Source: Gammaproteobacteria bacterium
Lineage (GTDB): Bacteria; Pseudomonadota; Gammaproteobacteria; SURF-13
DNA: 25,673 bases
Assembly (NCBI GenBank): GCA_023381235.1
Contig: JAMCTV010000111.1
Location: forward strand, 1 to 25,673
Direction of reading: 5' to 3'
Within the stretch, counting starts at the first letter, position 1; each line of letters starts with the position of its first letter. Positions 1 through 9,084 of this stretch are shown here, piece after piece. The position numbers and the translations under genes were made by a program. The notes beneath the pieces are model-generated. The model was not told the origin of the DNA. It saw only the letters and a program-made list of their open reading frames with translations, and did not search any database.

Positions 1-17
1 ACATCAGGCTGATATTG
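1..17 (+). repeat. 17-bp direct repeat ACATCAGGCTGATATTG, copy 1 (copy 2 at 1123-1139)
   Basis: Exact match between 1-17 and 1123-1139, read directly. Confidence 0.9.
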
Positions 18-1060
18 GCTGACGTAGCCACCAGCGGCGCGCCGAAGTCCTCCAGCAGAATGTGATGCAGCGGGCTGTAAGGGAGTAGCGCGCCGATTTC
101 ATCCAGCCCCGGCGCGATGTAGTGGGATAGTCTGGCGTGTGAATGTTTTTTTACCGGCACGATGGGGCGCATCGGATCAAGCAAGGCTTGTGATTCAACG
201 GCGCCGATGACGGTGTTGCTGCGCACGCTGTCTAATCCGTCTTCGCCCTCCAGCGGGAACATCACCGCAAGAGGCTTGTGCGGCCGCGGCTTGCTGGCGC
301 GCAGGCGTTGCACGGCGGAGTCGCTGCGCGCATCACACATCAAGTGATAGCCGCCGACGCCTTTGACGGCCACGATCTTACCCTCGCGCAGCGCGGCCAC
401 GCATGCGGCCAGCGCGACTGGTGTTTCGTCAACCGTGATATTGCCAAGCGCATGAAAAGACAGTTGCGGCCCGCACGCGGGGCAGGCCAGCGGCTCGGCG
501 TGAAAGCGCCGGTCGAGGGGATTGCTATATTCCTCTTTGCACGCCGCGCATAATGCAAATGTCGCGAGCGTGGTATTGACGCGGTCATAGGGCAGCGCTC
601 GGATCACCGTGTAACGCGGCCCGCACTGCGTGCAATTGATGAAGGGATAGCGATAACGCCGCTCGGCAGGATTGTGCAATTCGGCCAGGCAATCCGCGCA
701 CAGAAAATTATCCGGCGGCAGATGGATGGAATCGGCTGCGCCGGCGTAGCTGGGCAGTATGCGGAAGGTCTCGCAGGCTTGCGCCAGAACCAAATGTTCA
801 CAAGAGATAATTTCAGCCCTGGCCAGCGGCGGCGCTTCACTCAGCAGCGCGCGGCTGAACTCTTCCAGCGCGCCGCTTGCTCCCTGCGCCACAATCTCCA
901 CTTGGCCTGCGAGATTCCTCACCCAGCCGGAGAGCCCATAACGCTGCGCAAGGCGGTACACAAAAGGGCGGAAGCCCACGCCTTGCACGCGTCCGCCGAG
1001 CAGCCAGCGTTTGGCCTGGCGGGAGGCCGCATGTGGCGATGCATGGAGCGGGGATGACAT
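1..1060 (-). CDS. hypF: Carbamoyltransferase HypF, N-terminal part (runs off the left edge)
   Basis: Translated by hand because it is absent from the ORF track (no stop in the window). ATG at 1060 gives MSSPLHASPH..., then the acylphosphatase motif GRVQGVGFRPFVYRLA, the Zn-finger motifs CADC...RYPFINCTQCGPRYTVI and CAACKEEY..DRRFHAEPLACP, and LLPYSPLHHILL..PLVATSANIS, all in one frame. Confidence 0.96.
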   Translation of the reverse strand, partial: MSSPLHASPHAASRQAKRWLLGGRVQGVGFRPFVYRLAQRYGLSGWVRNLAGQVEIVAQGASGALEEFSRALLSEAPPLARAEIISCEHLVLAQACETFRILPSYAGAADSIHLPPDNFLCADCLAELHNPAERRYRYPFINCTQCGPRYTVIRALPYDRVNTTLATFALCAACKEEYSNPLDRRFHAEPLACPACGPQLSFHALGNITVDETPVALAACVAALREGKIVAVKGVGGYHLMCDARSDSAVQRLRASKPRPHKPLAVMFPLEGEDGLDSVRSNTVIGAVESQALLDPMRPIVPVKKHSHARLSHYIAPGLDEIGALLPYSPLHHILLEDFGAPLVATSANISLM

Positions 1061-1122
1061 GATTGGTGCGTGCATTTATGATGCGTGGTAAGGCGCTTGA
1101 AGGCCCATATTAACAACTTACT

Positions 1123-1139
1123 ACATCAGGCTGATATTG
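1123..1139 (+). repeat. 17-bp direct repeat ACATCAGGCTGATATTG, copy 2 (hypF/mazG intergenic)
   Basis: Exact match to bases 1-17. Confidence 0.9.
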
Positions 1140-1142
1140 ACC

Positions 1143-1556
1143 ATGAAGAAAAAATCTCCGGGCGTACTCGACGATATCAATCCCGGCTTGACGGTGCTGG
1201 CCCATGCCCTGGAGTTTCAAAGGCGCGTGGCGCGAGTGGGCTTCGATTGGCCGCGGGTGGAGCAGGTGCTGGGCAAGATTGAGGAGGAATTGCAGGAGAT
1301 CCGCCATGAAATCGCGCAACGCGCCGGCCACGACCGCCTGGAGGACGAAATCGGCGACTTGCTGTTCGTGTGCGTGAACCTGGCGCGTCATCTCAAGGTT
1401 GACCCGGAAGCCGCCCTGCAACGGGCCAACGCCAAATTCGAGCGCCGTTTCCGGCGCATCGAGGCGTTGCTCGCCGAGCGCGGACGCAAACCGCAGGAGT
1501 CCACGCTGGAAGAAATGGATGCCTTGTGGAGTCACGCGAAATCAGAAGAGCGATAG
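1143..1556 (+). CDS. mazG: Stand-alone MazG-family nucleotide pyrophosphohydrolase (matches the C-terminal MazG domain only)
   Basis: Motifs GFDW, KIEEELQE, LEDEIGDLLF, VDPEAALQRANAKFERRF and TLEEMDALW are typical of the second MazG domain. ATG 1143 chosen; the ORF is open from 1137. Confidence 0.9.
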   Translation: MKKKSPGVLDDINPGLTVLAHALEFQRRVARVGFDWPRVEQVLGKIEEELQEIRHEIAQRAGHDRLEDEIGDLLFVCVNLARHLKVDPEAALQRANAKFERRFRRIEALLAERGRKPQESTLEEMDALWSHAKSEER

Positions 1557-2591
1557 AACGTTCCGCGCGGGTGTCCCCACCCGCGGCGGGGAAAACGCCT
1601 GTGTAAGCTCCTGCGTGAGCCGATCCGGCTGGGCGGAGTATTTCGGCGAGAAATGAAACGGGGTGACCCTTTTTACCCCTGCTGTGCGTGCCAACAGCCC
1701 GGCCTGACGCGCGGTAAGATGATATTTTTGCGCCGCGTGCGCGGCGTCTTCCTCCAGAAAGGTGCATTCGATGAACAGCAGGTCGGAGTCCTGGACCAAC
1801 TCTACGATGCGTCTCGCGTTTTTTGCGTGATAGATCACGTCCGTGACATAGGCCACCTTCTGCCCCGGCACGATGCGCAGAATGTTATTTTTGAGCAGGC
1901 CCAAGGGCAGATATTTTTCCTGAGATGCGCCCGCTGCGCGCCACTGTACGGCCAGCGGCGTATCGTCCGGTGCGCCACTTAATACGGCTGTTTTTAAATC
2001 CTTCAGCCACGGCCCGACGGCGAGCCCCTGCGCCTGTAAGCGGTTTTTCCACACGTTGACATGCTGTTTTTCCTCCAGGGCGAAGGCCAGGCACGGGGTC
2101 TTGTGATCTAAAAATGTTACATGCACGCGGAAGGCGGGGTCATCAACGAGCACACCGCCAGCGATGGCGGACGAGTGCGCGCGCTCAGGTTGAAAGCCAT
2201 GACGGCAGTGAAACTCAACCGAATCGAGCCGCCCATCAGGATGGGCTTCAAAAACATCCAATGTGAAATCGGCGGGATAATTTTGCACCAGATTCCAGGT
2301 ATAGGCGGCGAGCTTGTGATTGACCTGCTCGATGAATCCGGGCGGCCCGTACAGGCTGAGTTTTTTGTCCCTGCCCAGGCAAATGCGCAACAACCGGTCG
2401 AAGCCCACGAAATGATCCATGTGGGTATGCGACACAAACACATGGCTCAGGCGCAGAATCTTGCGCGGCGCGAGCGCGCGCAGGTCGCCGAGATCAAACA
2501 GCAGGGCGCGCTTTTCAAACAAAAATTCCACATACAGCCCCGGATCGCCGAACGGATCGTTCACCAATTGAGGATGAAAAATCGGGCGCAT
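1542..2591 (-). CDS. rnz: RNase Z/BN-family metallo-beta-lactamase hydrolase
   Basis: SHTHMDH (HxHxDH), a GLAVGPWL exosite-like arm, YVTD, IECTF, HLT and FHFSPKY. Start MRPIFHPQL at 2591 has GAGG just upstream; the longer ORF to 2861 overlaps hypD and is not the true start. Confidence 0.88.
   Translation of the reverse strand: MRPIFHPQLVNDPFGDPGLYVEFLFEKRALLFDLGDLRALAPRKILRLSHVFVSHTHMDHFVGFDRLLRICLGRDKKLSLYGPPGFIEQVNHKLAAYTWNLVQNYPADFTLDVFEAHPDGRLDSVEFHCRHGFQPERAHSSAIAGGVLVDDPAFRVHVTFLDHKTPCLAFALEEKQHVNVWKNRLQAQGLAVGPWLKDLKTAVLSGAPDDTPLAVQWRAAGASQEKYLPLGLLKNNILRIVPGQKVAYVTDVIYHAKNARRIVELVQDSDLLFIECTFLEEDAAHAAQKYHLTARQAGLLARTAGVKRVTPFHFSPKYSAQPDRLTQELTQAFSPPRVGTPARNVLSLF
1566..1585. terminator. 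GC-rich hairpin CGCGGGTG-TCCC-CACCCGCG just after the mazG stop, within the rnz 3' end
   Basis: Perfect 8-bp stem at the junction of two convergent genes. There is no clear U-tract, so a terminator role is uncertain. Confidence 0.4.
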
Positions 2592-2595
2592 TACC

Positions 2596-3702
2596 TCATA
2601 CCGTTTCGGCCTCAGCGCGCACGCCGCTTGCCCACCAGATGCGGCACGCGCCTTCGTCCGAGACCATACACGGGCCGATGGGCGCGCGCGGCGTGCAGGC
2701 GCGGCCGTAGAGCTGGCACTGGTTGGGGTAAATCTTGCCCAGCACCACCTTGGCGCAATCGCAGCCGGGCGGCATCTCGCCGATGCGTTTGCGGGTGGCG
2801 CCGCAGTGCGGGGAGAATCTTTGCCGCGCGTCTTTTTCTTGCAGGTGCTCTTTAAGCGCAAATCCCGATGCGGGGATAATGCCGATTCCGCGCCACATGG
2901 CGTCTGTCACTTGCAGGGTTTCGGCCAGGTATTTTTGCGCGCCGGAATTGCCTTCGGATGACACCACTTCGGGATAACAGTTATCCAAAAAGCACTCGCC
3001 CTCGCTGAGTTGGCGCAGCGTGGAATATATCGCGGCGAGCAGGGTTTCGGCTGTGAAGCCCGCAATGGCGGTGGGGATATGATGTTTGTCCACCACAAAG
3101 CGCCATTCCTCAGTCCCCATGATCGTGGACACATGGCCGGGCGCGATGAGCGCGTCAAAACCGGGAGTACCGGAGGCAAGCAGCATTGCCACCGCGGGCC
3201 AGGTCAGGCGTCCGGAGAGCAGCAGGAACAGATTATCCGGCGTGCCCTGCGCCAGCATCGCGGCCACCGGCGCCATGGTGGTCTCGAACCCGGCGGCAAA
3301 GAACACCACCGTGCGTTGCGGGTTTTCACAGGCAATTTGTACTGCCTCGGTGGGCGAGGCGACCGGGCGGATGTCGGCGCCCGCCGCCCGAGCCTGCTCC
3401 AGGGAGCGGATTTCTCCCTTCGCGGCATTCACCGGCACGCGCAACATGTCGCCGAAGGCAGCCAGCGTCACGTCTTCGCGCAGGGCGAGCTGGATGGCTT
3501 CATAGATATCCTCCTCCGGGCAAATGCATACCGGGCAGCCCGGACCGGGAATAAGCTCGACGTTGGCGGGCAACGCCGCGCGCAATCCGCTCAGGCTGGT
3601 GGTGCGCTCGTGTCCGCCGCACACGTTCATGATGCGCACTTTTTGACGCATCGGGAGTGCGCGGATTTTTTCCAGCCAGTCTTGGGCGGAGAGGGCTGTC
3701 AT
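2596..3702 (-). CDS. hypD: Hydrogenase maturation protein HypD
   Basis: MNVCGGHE, GPGCPVC, FFAAGFETT, PGHVS, and the C-terminal Fe-S motif GCDCAKVVLGK..P.QC.LYG..CTP..PIGPCMVSDEGAC. Confidence 0.97.
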   Translation of the reverse strand: MTALSAQDWLEKIRALPMRQKVRIMNVCGGHERTTSLSGLRAALPANVELIPGPGCPVCICPEEDIYEAIQLALREDVTLAAFGDMLRVPVNAAKGEIRSLEQARAAGADIRPVASPTEAVQIACENPQRTVVFFAAGFETTMAPVAAMLAQGTPDNLFLLLSGRLTWPAVAMLLASGTPGFDALIAPGHVSTIMGTEEWRFVVDKHHIPTAIAGFTAETLLAAIYSTLRQLSEGECFLDNCYPEVVSSEGNSGAQKYLAETLQVTDAMWRGIGIIPASGFALKEHLQEKDARQRFSPHCGATRKRIGEMPPGCDCAKVVLGKIYPNQCQLYGRACTPRAPIGPCMVSDEGACRIWWASGVRAEAETV

Positions 3703-4481
3703 GCGTGGTTGAGCGTGGAAGAAAGTTCAACGCCGGAATGAGCCGGGGCGGGAGCGGATGCTTTGCGCGCGTGCCCGCGCAGCCAGTTGAGCCAGGGTTC
3801 AAGGCCGGTCATTTTTTTGGAGGAGAGCGGCCACAGCGGCGCGGGATTGGCAAGCCGGCGCAGGCATCGCTCCGCCTGCGCGGGATCGAAATCATCCAAA
3901 TGCGGCAGCAGATCGGTTTTGGTCAGCAACACCAGGTCCGCCGCGCGGAACATCACCGGATACTTGGCGGGTTTGTCGTCTCCCTCGGTGACCGAGAGTA
4001 ACACCACGTTGCGATGCTGGCCCAGATCAAAGCTCGCCGGGCACACCAGATTGCCGACGTTTTCGATGAATACAATATCTATCCTATCCAGGTCAATTTG
4101 ATGCAGCGCACCATGCACCATGTGCGCATCCAGGTGACAGGCGGTTCCGGTGGTGATCTGCACCGCCGGCACGCCTTGGGCGCGGATGCGCTCGGCGTCG
4201 TTTTCCGTTTCCAGGTCGCCCTCGATCACCGCAATCCGCATTTCATCGCGCAGCGCGGCGATGGTCGCCTCCAGCAGCGCCGTCTTGCCCGCGCCGGGAG
4301 AAGACATCAGATTTAGCGCGAGCACGCCGTGAGCGTCGAAATGCGCGCGGTTATGCGCGGCCTGCGCGTTGTTCTCCGCAAGCAGGTGATTGAGCACGGA
4401 AAGGGTGTGCTGCTGCTCGACAGGGCGGTATAGGAGGTATTGATTGGCGGGGGTGATGGTGCAGCCGCAGGTGTTACACAT
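3699..4481 (-). CDS. hypB: Hydrogenase nickel-incorporation GTPase HypB
   Basis: N-terminal CxxCGC, SSPGAGKT, IEGD, CHLDA, ENVGNLVCPASFDLG and EGDDKPAKYP. ATGA overlap with hypD. Confidence 0.97.
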   Translation of the reverse strand: MCNTCGCTITPANQYLLYRPVEQQHTLSVLNHLLAENNAQAAHNRAHFDAHGVLALNLMSSPGAGKTALLEATIAALRDEMRIAVIEGDLETENDAERIRAQGVPAVQITTGTACHLDAHMVHGALHQIDLDRIDIVFIENVGNLVCPASFDLGQHRNVVLLSVTEGDDKPAKYPVMFRAADLVLLTKTDLLPHLDDFDPAQAERCLRRLANPAPLWPLSSKKMTGLEPWLNWLRGHARKASAPAPAHSGVELSSTLNHA

Positions 4482-4869
4482 AAGCCGTATCCTCTTGATT
4501 CCCGTTTGATGGCAGGGTGTGGCCGCCGCCCAGAAGTTCCACGCTCACCAGTTGCATTTCGTTGCCGCTGATGAGTTGCGTGTGTCCGTCGCCGCACCTG
4601 GCGCACGTTAGATGATTGATCATTGCCGCGCTTTCCTTACCGCACTGTTCGCAGCGCACCCGGATCGGCGCGCGCCATGTCACCATGCGCGCCGTCTCGG
4701 CCAGCGTTCCTTTGCGCGCCACGCGGAAGGCCTGCTCCAGCAGTTCGGGCGCCACGCCTGAAAGGGGGCCGATTTGCAGCGTGACGCGCGTGATCGCCTG
4801 CGCCCGGTGCTGTCTTGCCAGCGCCTCGATTTGCCTGATGAGCGACTGACAGATGGACAGTTCATGCAT
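4474..4869 (-). CDS. hypA: Hydrogenase maturation nickel metallochaperone HypA
   Basis: MHELSIC start, two CxxC motifs (CEQC, CARC), and G.E..L..VE. Confidence 0.95.
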   Translation of the reverse strand: MHELSICQSLIRQIEALARQHRAQAITRVTLQIGPLSGVAPELLEQAFRVARKGTLAETARMVTWRAPIRVRCEQCGKESAAMINHLTCARCGDGHTQLISGNEMQLVSVELLGGGHTLPSNGNQEDTAYV

Positions 4870-5107
4870 GAGGACTGCCCTCCCGCTCCGCGGACAGCAT
4901 CTCATCGTAAAGTTGCCATGCCGAGCGCGCCTCGTGCGGGGTGATTTTCTGGATGGCGTAGCCCACGTGCACCATCACGAAATCGCCCGCCGCGAGCGGT
5001 GTTTCCTGTAACAGGAAAAGGTTCACCGAACGTTCCACGCCGTTGGCGTTGCACCGCGCGGTGTGCGCGTGAATGTCCATGATCTGCATTGGAATCGCCA
5101 GGCACAT
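4862..5107 (-). CDS. hypC: Hydrogenase assembly chaperone HypC/HupF
   Basis: MCLAIP start, GDFVMVHVGYAIQKI, and a GGAG Shine-Dalgarno upstream. Confidence 0.96.
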   Translation of the reverse strand: MCLAIPMQIMDIHAHTARCNANGVERSVNLFLLQETPLAAGDFVMVHVGYAIQKITPHEARSAWQLYDEMLSAEREGSPHA

Positions 5108-5182
5108 GCGGCTCTCCTGAAGGACGCTTGCTCTCAATTCTATAGCGCACCTGGTCGCATCGCCAGCTATTATTGCCTTGCT

Positions 5183-5196
5183 TTGCGCTAGATCAA
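5183..5196. promoter_or_regulatory. FNR/CRP-family box TTGCG-CTAG-ATCAA with a -10 (TAGGGT, 5220-5225) toward archease-rtcB
   Basis: 8/10 match to TTGAT-N4-ATCAA, an identical 15-mer at 16770, and a 23-nt gap to the -10 as at the other two boxes. Confidence 0.75.
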
Positions 5197-5235
5197 ACAA
5201 ATATTAAGCGCGGCTGTGTTAGGGTTAATTTTGAA

Positions 5236-5643
5236 ATGAGCTACGCCTATTTCGATCACGACGCCGATATCGGCATTACCGGCTACGGCGCTACAGTGGA
5301 GGAAGCCTTTATCGCTGGCGCGCAGGCGATGTTCGCCATTATGGCGAATATCACCTTGGTGCACGATACGCAGCACATCGAGTTCAGTTTCACGGAGTTT
5401 GACACTGAACTGGCGTTCGTTACCTGGCTGAACAACTTGCTCACCGAGGCGCAGAGCCGGGGGTTGGTGCTGACGCGCTTTGAGTTGCACAAGAAGGGCG
5501 CGCAATGGCACGCGCAGGCATGGGGCGAGCCGTGGCGCGAGGATTTGGAGCGCGGCGTGGAGGTCAAGGGCGCGACGCTCACCATGCTCTCGGTCACGCT
5601 CAAGAACGGACTCTGGGAGGCGCGCTGTGTGGTGGATGTTTGA
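5236..5643 (+). CDS. Archease (RtcB activator)
   Basis: N-terminal YFDHDADIG, C-terminal EVKGAT...W.A..VVDV, and position directly upstream of rtcB. Confidence 0.93.
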   Translation: MSYAYFDHDADIGITGYGATVEEAFIAGAQAMFAIMANITLVHDTQHIEFSFTEFDTELAFVTWLNNLLTEAQSRGLVLTRFELHKKGAQWHAQAWGEPWREDLERGVEVKGATLTMLSVTLKNGLWEARCVVDV

Positions 5644-5675
5644 GATGAGTCGCGGAAGTAAAGGAGGGTAGCGCA

Positions 5676-7109
<1,434 letters not shown>

Positions 7110-7120
7110 GGCATCCGAAG

Positions 7121-7972
7121 GTGATATTGGCGGCAAAAAATTGCCTGCGCCTGGCGCGTAAAATCGCACGCTATAAGCGTTGCCGCCTGTTGAACTATGA
7201 GGTCAAGCAATTCGCGGATGGTGAATATTATTTCCGGCTCAAATTTTCAAAAAAACCCGCCTCGGCCATATTGCTGGGCAATATCACGCCCGTGCCTTAC
7301 TCGCTGTTTGAGTTGCTGGCGCTGGCGCAGGCCCTGCAGGACAGCGGTATCGCCATCGCCACGCTATGCATTCCCTATCTCGGTTACAGCCGTCAGGACA
7401 GGCAATCCGGAAAAGGCGAGGCGGTGCTGGCGCGCATGATCGCCGGGATCGTCAACCGCATTCCCGCGCGGCGCAGGGTATTTGTGGACCTGCACAGTGA
7501 TGCGCTGCGCGCCATGCTTCCCCCTCACACCGAGATAAAATGTCTGCCGGACATGGTGCGCAGCGTCGCGCAAAAGATGGATATCGTCGCCGCGCCCGAT
7601 CAAGGCGCACGGCGGCGCGCGGAGGAGGTGGCGCAAGGACTGCCCGTCATCACCATCCCCAAGCGCCGTCCCAGGCACAATATCGTCGCGCGCGAAGGGG
7701 GGCGCTATCCGGTGGCGGGTTTTTTTGAAAATTTGAGCCGCGACATGATAGACACCGGGCGCACCATCGCCTCCGCCGCCGCGCTGCTGAAACAACAGGG
7801 CGCCAAATCCATTACGGTGGCCGCGACCCACGCAATCTTCTCCCCGCCGAGCCGCGCCATTCTGAACAAGGCCCCGATTGACAGAATTTTGGTGAGCGAC
7901 ACACTTGAGACTCCAGTTCCGCGCACGGTGCGCGTGGCCAGCATCGCCCGGCAGCTAGCCCGCGTGCTTTAA
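7121..7972 (+). CDS. Ribose-phosphate pyrophosphokinase (Prs)-like protein with an altered ribose-5-phosphate-binding loop
   Basis: FADGE, IPYLGYSRQDR, VDLHS, APDQGA, IPKRR and DMIDTGRT..AA..LKQQGA..I.VAATHA. GTG 7121 is the likely start (ORF open from 7082). The segment before DMIDTG is atypical; see findings. Confidence 0.85.
   Translation: MILAAKNCLRLARKIARYKRCRLLNYEVKQFADGEYYFRLKFSKKPASAILLGNITPVPYSLFELLALAQALQDSGIAIATLCIPYLGYSRQDRQSGKGEAVLARMIAGIVNRIPARRRVFVDLHSDALRAMLPPHTEIKCLPDMVRSVAQKMDIVAAPDQGARRRAEEVAQGLPVITIPKRRPRHNIVAREGGRYPVAGFFENLSRDMIDTGRTIASAAALLKQQGAKSITVAATHAIFSPPSRAILNKAPIDRILVSDTLETPVPRTVRVASIARQLARVL
7235..7261 (+). repeat. 27-bp perfect inverted repeat, arm 1 (CGGCTCAAATTTTCAAAAAAACCCGCC)
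   Basis: Exact reverse complement of 7714-7740, checked base by base. Confidence 0.95.
7714..7740 (-). repeat. 27-bp perfect inverted repeat, arm 2 (GGCGGGTTTTTTTGAAAATTTGAGCCG)
   Basis: Exact reverse complement of 7235-7261. Confidence 0.95.
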
Positions 7973-7975
7973 CTT

Positions 7976-8029
7976 TGTGCCGGGCAGGATGCCCCAATGC
8001 CGCGAGCGCAGGGATGCGCAGGAGTGGCC
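7976..8029 (+). repeat. 54-nt intergenic double-hairpin repeat, copy A
   Basis: Shares the scaffold TGTGCCG...CAGG..G...AATGYCGCG...GCAGG...GGAGYGRCC and length with 12318-12371; begins 4 nt after the prs-like stop. Confidence 0.65.
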
Positions 8030-8081
8030 GAGATGGAAAAGTCCACGGAAGGACTTTTTCATCATCTTATGGAGGAACAAC

Positions 8082-8720
8082 ATGATATTTGAAAACCGCA
8101 GTGAGGCCGCGCGACGGCTTGTGGAAAGGCTCGCTCATTACCGGGGCATGAACCCTTTAATACTCGCCATCCCGCGCGGAGCGGCGCCTATGGCGAAGCT
8201 GATCGCCGACGAACTGGGCGGCGAGATGGACGTGGTGCTGGTCCGGAAAATCAGCGCCCCGGGCAGCCCCGAGTTCGCCATCGGCTCGGTGGATGAGAGC
8301 GGCTGGACCTATATCGCGGACTATGCCGAAAGCGCGGGCGCCACCGCTGAATACATCGAACGCGAGAAGCAGGCGCAGCTTGCAACCATGCGCAAACGCC
8401 GCGCCCAATATACCCCGGTGCACCCCCCGGTGGACCCGCACGGCCGCATCGTGATCGTGGTGGACGACGGGCTGGCTACGGGCGCAACGATGATTTCAGC
8501 CCTGCACGCACTGCGCGCCAAGAAACCGAAGAAGTTGATCGCTGCCGTGCCGGTGGCGCCGCCCGATACGCTGCGCAAGGTTGCCGGCTACGCCGACGAG
8601 GTAATCTGCCTGCACACGCCGGAGTATTTCCAGGCAGTGGGGCAGTTTTATCTCGACTTTCCCCAAGTGGAGGACGAGGAGGTGGTCGCCATCCTGCGCG
8701 AGAGCAAGCAAGGCCGCTGA
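8082..8720 (+). CDS. Putative type I phosphoribosyltransferase
   Basis: MIFENRSEA start, LAIPRGA, VRKISAPGSPEFAIG, VIVVDDGLATGAT and AVGQFY.DF.QV.DEEV. GGAGG RBS. Confidence 0.92.
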   Translation: MIFENRSEAARRLVERLAHYRGMNPLILAIPRGAAPMAKLIADELGGEMDVVLVRKISAPGSPEFAIGSVDESGWTYIADYAESAGATAEYIEREKQAQLATMRKRRAQYTPVHPPVDPHGRIVIVVDDGLATGATMISALHALRAKKPKKLIAAVPVAPPDTLRKVAGYADEVICLHTPEYFQAVGQFYLDFPQVEDEEVVAILRESKQGR

Positions 8721-8743
8721 TCGCTCATGCTGGAATATTCGCG

Positions 8744-8947
8744 CTAATCCAGCGCGAATGAGATATTTGCATTGACGCGGTAGCTGGTGATTTTGCCGCC
8801 CTCCACCTTGGCCTCGAAATTCTTGATGTAAATGGATTTGATGCCGTGCAGGGTTTTGGTCGCGCGGGTGACGGCCTGTGCGGCGGCATCCTCCCAACTC
8901 TTATCCGACTCGGCGAGCACTTCTATCACTTTCAGTATATGCGACAT
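8744..8947 (-). CDS. Dodecin-family flavin-binding protein
   Basis: 67 aa with KVIEVLAES.KSWEDAA..AV.RA.KTL and YRVNANISF. Confidence 0.9.
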   Translation of the reverse strand: MSHILKVIEVLAESDKSWEDAAAQAVTRATKTLHGIKSIYIKNFEAKVEGGKITSYRVNANISFALD

Positions 8948-9011
8948 GATGGTCTCCTTTTGCGCCTGATACAAGACCAGGACAGTTTACAGAACACCTG
9001 CAGCAGGGAAG

Positions 9012-9025
9012 TTGATCTACATCAA
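9012..9025. promoter_or_regulatory. Perfect FNR box TTGAT-CTAC-ATCAA with a -10 (TATCTT, 9049-9054) toward dksA-nrdDG
   Basis: 10/10 consensus match in a divergent intergenic region, with a 23-nt gap to the -10. Confidence 0.85.
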
Positions 9026-9084
9026 ACCTGTTCAATAGGTGCTTGGGGTATCTTAATTGCGTCTATATCAGGAGATATTGAGCC

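Noticed and set aside
1116-1129. ACTTA-CTAC-ATCAG as a fourth FNR box upstream of mazG/hypF
   Set aside because: It shares CTACATCA with the 9012 box but lacks the TTG left arm.
2592-2861. 90-aa N-terminal extension of the RNase Z ORF in the track
   Set aside because: It overlaps hypD in another frame; homology-like sequence and the RBS begin at 2591.
7235-7740. The 27-bp repeat as transposon terminal inverted repeats or a DGR template/variable pair
   Set aside because: The enclosed DNA is continuous prs-like coding sequence with no transposase or target duplication. The copies are identical and inverted, with no adenine-specific differences and no reverse transcriptase in the window.
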